From Tubiluchus corallicola (Eukaryota; Animalia; Priapulida), in NCBI GenBank assembly GCA_030141605.1, contig JAQGDQ010000553.1, positions 62,001 to 126,000 of the forward strand: DNA of 64,000 nt. Direction: 5' to 3'. Shown piece after piece: positions 22,501 to 33,408 of this stretch (within the stretch, counting starts at the first letter, position 1; the number at the start of each line of letters is the position of its first letter). Under the pieces are notes generated by a model. The model worked only from the letters and a program-made list of their open reading frames with translations. It did not search any database and was not told the origin of the DNA. The translations under genes were made by a program, and so were the position numbers.

Positions 22501-25500
22501 TTTTCTCTGCTAAGGTTACTAATTCACAAACCCTGTCATAAATACGTAATCCGCCATGAAACATTTTTGCTTTGCAGAGGCGTAAACCTCCGCCGCCTCT
22601 CGAACCCGATGAAGATGGCAAACAAGAAGAAGCTGAGAGCAGAATCCTAGATGAAGATGAAGAATCTGGTAACTGCATTAAATAATTTATTGACTTAAAA
22701 ATAAGTAATATGATCTCAGTATAGGCTATCAACCATTTGACTGCTGGGTTCGTCTGTGTTTGCTGTCTAATATTTAAGTGCATGCATCGAACATCATGAA
22801 GTGTTACAGTTTATTATCTGGTTTCCATCCAAGAGATACCCGCTCCGCTTTTTCACCAGTCAGTTCAGGCCAGCATGTCAAGAACAAAAATAATAATTGC
22901 TGGCGAGGTATTAGCTAGTTTGTGCAAACCTCGGTATTGTTTTTAAGTTGGTACAACATGCTTGGCAGTTCCTGGAGGCTGTTAATGGAGAAAAATACAT
23001 GGAGACTATTAATTGTTTCTCTCTCTTTTTTCTTTTTATCAAATCTTAAATAATTTATACCTTTATATATTAAACTGATGTTTAAACTATTAGTAATTTA
23101 AAATTTGGCTAAAGCTTATAATTCCCGCTCTAAAAGATTAGTCAGTAAAGTGAATTAGGGTTAGGATTAGGATTAGCATTGGGATTAAGGTTAGGGTTAG
23201 TGTTACGGTTAGGGTTAGGGTATTTAAAGTGTTTGGGGAATTGTAAAGTCCTTCCTAAAATTCTTTTAGTATTAGAAAGCCATTCTCATGTACTGTAGCT
23301 TGATAAATCTTGAATTTGCATCATTTTCTAATCATTTGCATCTTCTGATAACTGGACAAATAGCATCATTATTTTTATTAAGTAGTAAGCATGAGCAGTA
23401 CTTAAAAGGCACTCGAGTGTCTGTACAAATTATTTAATGAGCATGATGCCGGAAAATTCAAATTTTAATGGATGTCATTAGCTTGAAAATAACATGGTGC
23501 TCTTCTGTGACTTGCCTTGGTGATAATTATAAAGAAGTCAAAGTGGCCAATAAGTCGCAGAAAACTTTTTGTTTTCAACAGAAGCTTTCGTCATTCACAG
23601 ACTTTATCAGATGTAAGGTAGAGATACAGTATTTTTATCTGCATTTTTATTATTGCATCGCTACTTTACAGCTGATAGAGTCCACGAAAGACGAAAGGTT
23701 CTGCGAAAAATAAAAAAAGTTTATGCATTAATGGAACTTTGACTTCTTTGCGATTTAATGGAAATGTTTACATTTTATTTTCTTCATTACCAAGCTTTTA
23801 CAGGCATCTATTTATTTTGATGTGGGAAGCATCTTAATGCCCAAAATAAGCACCTTTGCCTTATTTTCATTTAATAATTTTCACTAATTATCTTTTTGCT
23901 TGTTGAAGACCTAGAAATGGAAGACCGTGAGTCGACTAGTCAATCGTCAGAAAGTCAACAGCTAAAACGAAAACGACCTGTCATCTATTCCAGTGATTCT
24001 GATGCAGAAGAAGAGGAGGAGGACGAAGCTTCCACCAAAGACGAGGAACAAGGTGTGTAGAACAGCTTCATTGCAAATATGATAGTTTTCATTTACCAGA
24101 ATGTTTGTGATCAGATGAACTAATCCATTCTTTGAAGGTGCTCATTGAATTTATTCATTTGTTTTTGTGTTGAAAACTACTGGAGTTTGAACAAGAACTT
24201 TCACTTTACCTAGGATCTTGATTTAAAGTTCTAAATTCCACCTTGTAAATTTCAGCTCTTCAAACATTTGTAGAACTAATAGATCGAAAGTATGTTTCAC
24301 TTGCTATTCATAAAAAGCATTTGCTGCCATGTATGAATTGTCCTTGTGTACGTGAAATACTCAAAGATTGTCAATTATCACATTTGCTAACAGTATACAA
24401 TAAACTTTACCAAATTTGGCTCGAGAGATTCGAGATTCCTTGACGTTGTTTTGTTTAAGAAAACCTTGAAATTAGACCGGTCTTGTTTCAAAGGAACTTC
24501 AGAGTTTCAATTTGAAATTGAATAAGAAATCCTACAAGTAGTCTTTTTGTTTTTTGTGGGTTCTGTTTATTCACCTCTTTTACCCTTCTCATTCATTCCC
24601 AAATCCATGGGCTGAGTTTTGTATATACCTAATGGCTAACAGGTTTGACAGATATTGCAATCATTTCTATGGTGTCCTAGGCTATTCCTTGACTGTGACT
24701 AGTGATTTTATGCTTCTGCATTTCTCCTTTGTGTTTTTTCTGCTGTGGTTCTTTGTCTTTCTATGTGCTTGTATCTTTTTACTGTGATATCCTATTATTT
24801 GTCAATAATTACTGAAAATAAATAAATAAATAAATAATGACAAAAGACTTCCCAAAAAATTATTTCAGTAGTTCTAGTAAACACTTATGTTTTTTCTTTC
24901 TTGACTTTTTTGACCTCAAGAATAACTACAGTGATAGTTTGAAATGAAGTGTTCTTTTTTTGTTTTGTCTTTTAATTGTGTAATTTGTTGTTTATTGTCA
25001 CTACATTCGTCGTTAAGAATTATTTTGTATTTTGTTATTAAATTTGCCCTATGTAAATTAAAATGTTAAAAATCATTGAACTTTTACTTTTATAAAATTA
25101 ATGTAGACTGTGCAGGCTGTGCAAGTTACTGTTGTTTTGTCTATGTCTTTATCGTTGCCATTGTCATTTCAGCAGAGGTGGTTGCGTCTGCTATTGTTGT
25201 TGCTGTTGTTAGATTGTTTACTGATACACTGATAGTTTTGAAATGTGTTTGTTTTGCTTAGCGGAAGAAAGCTCGGAAGAGGAATCTTCAGAAAGCAGCG
25301 AATATGAGTCGACTTCTAGCGAAGAGGAAGAAGAGAGCGAAGCAGAAGAGATGGTATCGGAAGCCGTAGAAAAGGAAGATGAGACCGAAGAGGGGGAGAT
25401 TAAAGACAGTGAAGAGGAGCCAACTAAAGTCTGCACGGTGGCAATTGAAAAGCTAGATTCTGGAAAGACAGCTGAGGAACCGGAATCATTTGTGCCGGAA

Positions 25501-28500
25501 CTTAAAGAAAAGGAAAAATTGCCGGAACGAAAGAATGCTTCTGAAACCGAGTCTGCCGAAGAAGGAATGGAAACAGAGATTGTGGGAGGAAAAGTGTAAG
25601 TAGCACAGATTAAATGCTGCACATCCACAGTAAGAAATCAAAGGGAGACAAACAATGGGCAGCTTATTGTACAAACAAAAACTGCATTATTAGCCAAACA
25701 CAGCCCTTGGGCAACACACTGTTGAAGTACTGATTGTTGTGTAGGCTAGCACTGTTTGTGCACACGTTTGGTATTTAAATCTGTACTAAGATGTACTAAT
25801 GTGGCTTTGACAAATCTGGACTTGTAATTTTACATACTTCTTTACATGCGAATCATTTTTTGCCCTTCTTGAAAATGCCTGTCTTGGTCTTATGGCCTGT
25901 CCACACATCGTTTTAACTCGATGTTTCTGTGGCTTATATGAATCAACACTAGTGTGTACAGACAAGTGTCCCGACGACATGAAAAGTCAATCGTGAAAAC
26001 ACAATCATGTCAAAATTTAAAGTTTTGCGATCACAACACGAAATAATGACAGTGTAAAGCGTCGTATTAAATTAAGTTGTTTGCACATTTTTTATGAAAT
26101 CCTTTTTGAGTGAAAACTGAAACTACTACTACAGCATATCTTTTGTGGAAAAAATTTGGTGATTTATTAGTTTTACATTGAATAAATATTAGTTTCTAAT
26201 GTTTATGTTTACTTTATTTGGATTAATATGCTCTTTTCCGTGCATTTATAATTGCAAGTTTTGAAAGGTGAAAGGTAGTGTGACTTATTCTTAATATTTA
26301 AAAATTTTAGACTTATATAAAGGTAAACACAGTCTAGTCAATGAAAAAGCTTGTTCAGATTCAGATTAAGCTTGTATTCACTCTAAAATTGTGGGATTCA
26401 TTTTAGTATTTCAAAGTATCAAAAAAATTGTTTTTGAATATATTATTCAAAATCATTTCTCACAATTTTTGATGTATAAATGGATAATCTACTCATTTCA
26501 TTCAGTTGAAGGTGGTCTATCATCGTAGAAACGATTTTATTGTGGCACCGATATTCGAACTTATTGTTATACGTCTTAGATGTGTTGATTTTTTTCTTAT
26601 ATATTTTTTGTTTTCCTTTCCTTAGTTTTAAGAAGGAAGCAAAATCAGAGCAGAAGCAACGTGAAGAAAGGTATGCTCGCATTGTGATTAATAACCATTA
26701 TGTCACATTTTCAAACATTTATTTTGCTTTTCCCCCACACCTGTAGATAATATAGATAACAATACATATTTACACATATCTAGATTGTAATATACAGGGC
26801 TTCAAAATGTAATGAAGTTTGTCTTACCTGTGCAGGAAAGTAAAGAAAGACTAAACGAAGCTTTTTTTATAACTATTGTAACTATTATCTCAACAAGCCT
26901 TCTGACAGTTAAGGTTGGTGGCTAAGGTTTAGGGTTTACGTTTACGTTTTGTGACAGAATTGCTAAATTCCACATTGGTACTACAGTACCTATAAAGAAT
27001 TTATTGATTACTAGAAATGAAAATATTTTGAAGAAAAATGGTCCAGCTAACAGTGTGATACTATTTTCAGTTCGTTGGTGACTGCTGGTAATGTTAGTGA
27101 TGTGCAAAAGAAGACTGAAGAATCTACGGGCATTCTGGAAAGAATTTCAAATCTTTTGGAGGAGCCTGATGTTTCTGCTAAACCAGCTGAACATGAGAGA
27201 AAGGCTGAGATAATTTCTGATGATCGATTAGATTCACAGCCGTATTCGCCTATGTTCGATCACTGCTACAGTCGCCCCACGGACGATGCTTCCGCCAAAC
27301 CTCTGTCGAGCATCGAAAACACCTCTCTGCTTGATCACGACTACCAGAAGGTTGACACTGTGGGTTCTGTGATTGATTCGGTGGTGGAAGTGGCCAAACA
27401 AAAGCCCGCTGTGAAGCCTAAGAGAGTGGTGAAACCTCGAAAGCCGAAACAGGTTGTGTCCGTCAGTCGCTTGAAACCAGCTGCTATGTCAAGGTTGGGA
27501 AAGAGATTTCCTCCACGTGATCAGTTCGGTGAATGGAAAAACCTGTACGAAATCTTCAATCGGGGTTTGGACGTGGAAGACATGCTGTATATGAAGCACA
27601 GTTTTGATGCCATGGTTCAAAATGAAAACTTCAGCGATTGGTTGAGTTACACTGTTTGGGTGCCTCATCCTCAGACTAATATACCTGCTCCACCATTGCC
27701 GAAAAGACGACGGAAAGATGATACAATACGGCCGCATCTTACTGGGTGTTCGAGAACCGAGGGTTATTACAAATTAACAATGCAAGAAAAGGCTCTCTAT
27801 TTGCATCAAGCTCGTCAAGCAATGCTAGCTGAATTGTACAGTGTGGGCGATGACTCGAAGGTTTGATTTAGTAGTAATATTTAGCAACTTGAAAATTGAC
27901 AATAGTGGTTAACATATTTGACTTTGCCGTAGCAATTATTAGTTTTGTACTGGGCTTATTCGGCTACGCACTTTCCAGTCACCTAGCTTAAAATTGTAAA
28001 AAAAAATTTAACCTTATGCCGAATTGATTGCATTGATATAAAGTTCATTGATCTATTGTGCATAGAAGTGTAATTTTATGGTTATTATTGTCAATGAGTA
28101 AGATATTGAGAGAGGAATGAATTCTCTGTTTTTTCTTTTCTTATATCAAGCTACCAATCCTTACTTCCTTCTCTCATTCACTACTAGACACTGCCTCACA
28201 AACATTTGCTTCTGACGAGAATTTTATTTTGTTATTGAAAGATATAATTTGTATTAGCTTTCTTGTTGACAGCAGCAATGCCACGGTTAAAAAAATCAAT
28301 ATTTTTTGTTTACAGGATCGAGAGGCACTCGCTAAAAAGAAGGCAAAACTATCTAGAGAAGCAAGATCTGACCAACGACGTCTGCTCACTTCATTTGGTG
28401 ATACAGTTGATTCGGATCTTCTCAAGTTTAATCAGCTTAAGGTAGAGCCCTGTTTACCATCACTTGTTTTGAATATTTTTATTACAGGCACTTAAAAACA

Positions 28501-30685
28501 TTTATAGTTAAAACACTACAACTTTATTAAAACTTAATTTACATAGTCAAAAATCATGTCAAACATTTCGACAGAGCTACTGCTGTCATCATCAGTGGTA
28601 AATTTTACAAACATACAACTAGCTTATATAGGCAGAGCCTATAGTATAGAAGATTATGCACTAATGTTAAATAAATAATTACATGAGAAATACATGCATA
28701 CTTTTGACATGCTTTTTAACTATGTAAATTAAAAGTTTTAATAAAGTTGTGGTGTTTTAACTGTAAATGTTTTGTTTTTAATGTGTTGTGGCTAGTAAGG
28801 CTGGGATGTTACAGTATGCAATGCATGACTACCTGCTGTTCGGAAAAATTTGCTGTTATTGAACTTGTTAGATGCCGTGGTTACATTGCTGTTGTAGCTC
28901 AGATTACTGTGAATGCAAGAATTAATAGTTTTAACTTCTGCATTCACCAATTTTTATTTGTCACATAAGCCAGTATTAAAGAAAAGGACAAGTCACTTTA
29001 GCATCTTAAGTTTATTTTAGTGATTTTACTAATTGTAAGAGGTGCTTATAACACCTTTATTTCTAAATCCTTCAAGCATTTTTCACAAACATTGAAATAA
29101 GCCTAACTTCCCAGATAGCTTGGCCTTTCCTTCAAGTTACCTGTATGAAATCTCTGTACCTGAATAATTATAGACATAATGTGTGGATTGTGTGATAGAT
29201 ACTTGGGCAATCACCGTTCACTTGCACTCGTCTGTTTTTTCTAGTTTAGCTTAAGGTGACAGGTTAGCGTTATTTAAAGCTATTGGTCAATGGCTATTGA
29301 CACCCATTTTTGTATTTAAGAGCAACAAATTTATTAACTAGGTAATGCATTTGTCATCCACATCCATTACAGGTTGTTGTCAACTTACAACATGGATTGC
29401 TTACGACTAGCAGCTTAGTGAATATACAGGGTAATTCACATCCAAATCACCTTGCGGCTGATTTGTCGGAATCAAATGTAACCACAAGTCCACAACTGCT
29501 ATTTTTTAAAAATTATTCACTAACTATACTTGCATGTTGTCCTGCATCATGGTGTGCTGTACAATTTCAAATCTTCTTTGAAATCCTAATCTTTCTTTAT
29601 AATATTCAGTTCCGAAAGAAACATCTGCAGTTTGCGAGAAGTATGATTCACGACTGGGGACTGTTTGCCAAAGAACCCATCTCGGCAGATGAAATGGTGA
29701 TCGAATACGTCGGAGCAGTGGTTAGGCAGACTGTAGCTGATGAGCGTGAGAGGAAATATGAGGAAGAGGGAATCGGGAGTAGTTATCTCTTCCGGATTGA
29801 CCATGATACTGTGATTGATGCAACAAAGACTGGTAACTTGGCACGTTTCATCAACCACAGTTGCAATGTAAGTGTTAGCTCGTTCTCCTGTGTTATTAGT
29901 AAGGTTTTCACGGGCACGGTTAAATTCTGTAGTCTATTTTGCTTTTCTTTGCTGGGTTGTATAGTTTTATGATACTTGTACTGGAAAATAAATGACTTCC
30001 TGTTCTTCTAAGATTAATTCAATGAGATGGCAGGGCTCTTTAGCTAAGAAAATGAAATGGCAAAGAGAAGGCTTTACAAAGAATTATCACTATCTGCGTC
30101 CAAGCCCGAAGGGTCCACATCATACATCGCTTAGGTGCTTAGTGGCCTCAGTCTTGCATTCGAATCCCATGGTCTCTAATACGGAAATTCTTGATTACTT
30201 CTGACCTTGTCTTACTTGTGTAAAGTCTTAATAATTTCCAAAAGAAATGAATGGCAGTATGAACACTAGCTCTCAGGCTGCCAGATGTATGTCATCATCT
30301 AGCTGTATTCCCAGTGGAAACCGTACTGGAATAAATGGAATTGAATCATGGAATAAGGATGTAAACTTGTGCGAATAGTATAAACGTGTCGTTTATGTTG
30401 TTAATACTTGTATTTATCATTTTCAATATTATGGATGTGATTACCATTATGCTAGATAAAATAGAACACAAAAGATTGCAAATGTCTTTTCAAATCTGAT
30501 TATTTTTGCAGCCAAATTGCTATGCAAAAGTGATAAACGTTGAAGGACAGAAGAAAATTGTCATCTACTCCAAGCAGCCAATCAGCATTAACGAAGAGAT
30601 CACATATGATTACAAGTTCCCAATTGAAGAGAACAAAATTCCTTGTCTCTGTGGGGCTACAACTTGTCGGGGAGCTCTAAACTAA
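13579..30685 (+). CDS. SETD1: Histone H3K4 methyltransferase SETD1/Set1 (COMPASS), ~1585 aa, 15 coding exons
   Basis: Exons: 13579-13755, 14141-14236, 16641-16766, 16942-17086, 17496-19366, 20708-20869, 21598-21816, 22578-22668, 23909-24052, 25262-25595, 26626-26670, 27071-27860, 28316-28441, 29610-29867, 30512-30685. All junctions are GT-AG and phases are consistent (total 4758 nt). Motifs: N-terminal FKLVSDP/EDPR/VPKFKIDQFYVG, RRM ([16 protein letters not shown]), [44 protein letters not shown] with WIN-like [12 protein letters not shown] ([36 protein letters not shown]), post-[16 protein letters not shown]. Confidence 0.95.
13816..13987. mobile_element. Tc1/mariner (pogo/Tigger-like) MITE, TA target, copy 1
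   Basis: TA-CAGTCAAACCTC ... AGGTTTTGCTA-TA. It is the inverted homologue of 30782-30937. Confidence 0.7.
14354..14719. mobile_element. MITE with long TIRs; related copy at ~58790-59050
   Basis: Inverted ends CTCAAAGTTTGATGTG(A)AAG ... CTTCCACATCAAACTTTGAG. Internal blocks ATTGGAGCTATC and GTGAGACATCTGCAAGATGT are shared with 58.9-59.0 kb. Confidence 0.7.
19445..19748. mobile_element. hAT-superfamily MITE
   Basis: TSD ATGACGGA/ATGATGGA (one CpG transition). Ends TAGTGA...TCACTA. Subterminal AATCGAATT repeats. Confidence 0.7.
19956..20044 (+). mobile_element. tRNA-derived SINE head (Pol III A/B boxes)
   Basis: TGGTTCAGATAGTAGAGCG (A box) and GTTCAAGTCC (B box). Similar to the minus-strand copy at 53591-53685. 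No intact cloverleaf. Confidence 0.6.
20292..20395. repeat. 104-bp loopless near-perfect palindrome in a SETD1 intron
   Basis: Symmetric about 20343/20344 with only two mismatches, both G:T on the + strand. Confidence 0.95.
21099..21371. mobile_element. hAT-superfamily MITE
   Basis: Perfect 8-bp TSD TTTGAAAT (21091-21098 and 21372-21379). TIRs TAAGGCTGTTAACGATA / TATTGTCACAGGCCTG. Subterminal ACGATAC repeats. Confidence 0.8.
23107..23255. mobile_element. Short interspersed element with an internal degenerate (TTAGGG)n array, copy 2
   Basis: GGCTAAAGCTTATA ... about 11 TTAGGG-like units (23156-23221) ... GGGGAATTGTAAAGTCCTTCC. Homologous to 10922-11019. Confidence 0.7.
28508..28646 (-). mobile_element. 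Penelope-like pLTR/retrozyme-type repeat with a type-I hammerhead ribozyme motif (intact core), antisense in a SETD1 intron
   Basis: Minus strand reads CA-CTGATGA-T-GACAG-cagtagct-CTGTC-GAAA-TGTT-TG. It aligns over ~140 nt with the left arm of 33128-33408. Confidence 0.65.
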
Positions 30686-30781
30686 ACTGCTAGTGGCACT
30701 GGTATGTGAGACCTTGATAATCTTACCAAAAATAGTGTTTAATTCCTATATGATGTTGTAATCGTCCAAAAGGAACATATA

Positions 30782-30937
30782 CAGTCAAACCTCTCTATAC
30801 CTCCAACTTTGGTACTGTAAAAACTTTGTTGTTATTGCGAGTTTGGCATTATAACGAGGTGCATTAATACATATGTCTGTGCAAATATAATAGCTAGGTT
30901 AGCATTATAAAGGGGGCATTCTAACAAGTTTTCACTG
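30782..30937. mobile_element. Tc1/mariner-like MITE, copy 2, in the SETD1 3' UTR
   Basis: TA-CAGTCAAACCTC ... GTTTTCACTG-TA. Inverted relative to 13816-13987. Confidence 0.75.
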
Positions 30938-33127
30938 TAGCAGGAAATGTTATTTCAATATTGAGCTGGATGAGCATTGTTAGTTATCACGAGGAATCTT
31001 TGAACTAATATTTATAGCAGTTTACATAGAGTTATTCACATTTGCATTCCAAAAAAGAAATTAGCTAAGTTTTCTGAGTTTTTTTTCATTTAAATATCAT
31101 AGTAAATAAAAATTACTTGTAACTGCAATTAGGTGCTTCTCATACCTAACAAATTATTCTAAACTCCATTTTTTACAGGTTGAGTTATTTGAGTATTTGA
31201 AAGAAGAACCATGAGTCAGCAGTCATCTTTACGAGAGGTGGTTTGACTAGTTTGGATACATTTCGTTTCCTGTATTGCATGGTCATTTGTTTTTATACCA
31301 ATAGAAAAGTAATGGTGACTGACATGTTACCATATGCATGTCATCAATTTATATTGTACAGAATCTTATTTTACAGACGTTATTGATTGTAATCTTAAGT
31401 GAAGATTCATCGAGTAGAGCCAGGACTACATGTAGTATGACTGGGGTACATCTGCTAGCTTGTTATGTATATATTTAACGCATTAATGAAATGTTATATT
31501 TGCAGCTTTGACTGCAAGTAAACTGACCTCATGCTAGCTAATGCATGGTTTTTTCTACTTTTGTAACGAGCAAAATGATGACGCATCGTTTATAGTGGAA
31601 GTGGCAGTCTGGTCCTGTTCACTATAACTTCAACAAACGCGAATGCTATAAATATGAGAACTCTAATAATGCTCAATTTCTCCATTAATAGACATTGATC
31701 TACTTACTGGTTTAATGCTTATAAATATTAAATAACCATTCGTTCAGACATTAGTGCATTAAAGTCAGATAGTTACTATAACCTGTGTGAAGTAAAATTG
31801 CTGTAAAGCTCCTCTTGTGATTACTAAGGGAAATTTGAAATTCAAGGATACATTCTGTTTTCATTTTACATGTTCTCGCACGTTTCCCCCTTGCTCTGTG
31901 TTTACATTAAGAAAAATGGACACATTTATTGGCATATTCCCATTTAAGTGGTTGCTAGTACAATGGGGAAATTAAAGACTACTTAAAATGTGACAATCTG
32001 TCCTCTGTTTAGATTATTCTGCTGATATCTATATCAATTTAATGCAGTTTGATGATTTTTCTGGCATGTGTGCATGCTATATTACTATGTACAGGTAGTG
32101 GATTAAATCCACAAAGAAACAAGCCTTGAAACTTTGAAACGATAGAACGGTATCTTCAGTAAAGAATTGTATCTTATTATTGTAACAGTTAAGTACAAAA
32201 TAGCTGAGGTTACATTTTGTAGTAAGATTTGTTATTTACCAATGTAAACAAGCAAGCATGGAAGTTATTATTCGTTTTATAAACATGCGATGAATTTGGC
32301 TGTAAATAAATTAATAGCTCCTGTGTGGTCAGTAAAAAAAGTTAAATAAATTGAGTTGTGCTGCTATATGTCATTTATTTTGCTGATTAATGAATTTCTA
32401 TATGGTCTTGTTATCCAGCCGTCAGACGTATCTTGCTATTAAGAGGTTCTTGAGAATGCCGTGACTTGTGTAACTATTGATTTATAATCAGAAATATGAA
32501 AATAATGAATTCGGAAACCACCAGATATTACACCCCGTAATTACCTTTTACCACGACAAAGTTTTAAACATAGAGTAAACATAGAGTTTATATTAATTAT
32601 AGCAACAAATTGATAGATTATAAAAGACGACAACTAAACAAACTTCCTGTTTATTATCAACGCCTTTCTGGTATTTAAATTACAGAATTTTAATTTTTTC
32701 ATCTCTTATTTTGTGCTGGAAGTTCATATTCCAAAATGTTGCATCAACATGTAAGCTGTCATAGGACGTTATTGAAAATGAAATTTTGGCATTTTAGTAC
32801 GTTTTGTTACGAGGGTTACCTTCAAATGTCAGAAACCAAAAACGTCAACTAGGCAGGTAGACAAAACATAAATTTGCACATATGCTACATTGTAAATACA
32901 ATAGCTCTAACATAATATTATTATGCTTTATTGCTACAATTTGATATATTATTAAGTAGGAATTGTTTGTACAGTATGTTGAGAACTTGAATGCATTCAT
33001 ATTTAGATAATACATACAGGTTTAAAATGACTATAATTTTCATGTCTGTTTATTTTTTTTAATTTTTATTAATGAATCTTCTGTATCTTAACCATGACTT
33101 TCAAGTGGCATCATTGATATATCTTTC

Positions 33128-33408
33128 ATTATTAAAACACGACTTCTATTAAAACTTTAATTTACAACTGTTTAAAAACATGTCTCCAAACGTTTCGACT
33201 GCCAAATGCAGGCATCATTAGTGAAAGACTTCTACAAACAAACAACCAGTTTTATAGGAAGAGCCTACAGTAACTGCCTACAAAACTGGTTGTTTGTTTT
33301 TATACATCAGTCACTGATGATGACTGCAGTTGGCAGTCAAAACGTTTGGAGACGTTTTTAAACAGTTGTAAATTAAAGTTTTAATAACAGTTGTGTTGTT
33401 TCAATAAT
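33128..33408. mobile_element. ~280-bp palindromic Penelope-like pLTR pair, each arm carrying a degenerate hammerhead ribozyme
   Basis: The arms are imperfect reverse complements. The + arm at 33314-33353 reads CTGATGA-T-GACTGC-agttg-GCAGTC-AAAA-CGTT-TGGAGAC. The - arm at 33229-33182 reads GTCTTTCA-CTAATGA-T-GCCTGC-atttg-GCAGTC-GAAA-CGTT-TGGAGAC. Confidence 0.75.

Noticed and set aside
29715-29760. CTGATGA...GAAA inside the SETD1 SET-domain exon as another hammerhead
   Set aside because: There is no stem II between the motifs, and it is explained by the codons ADERERK.
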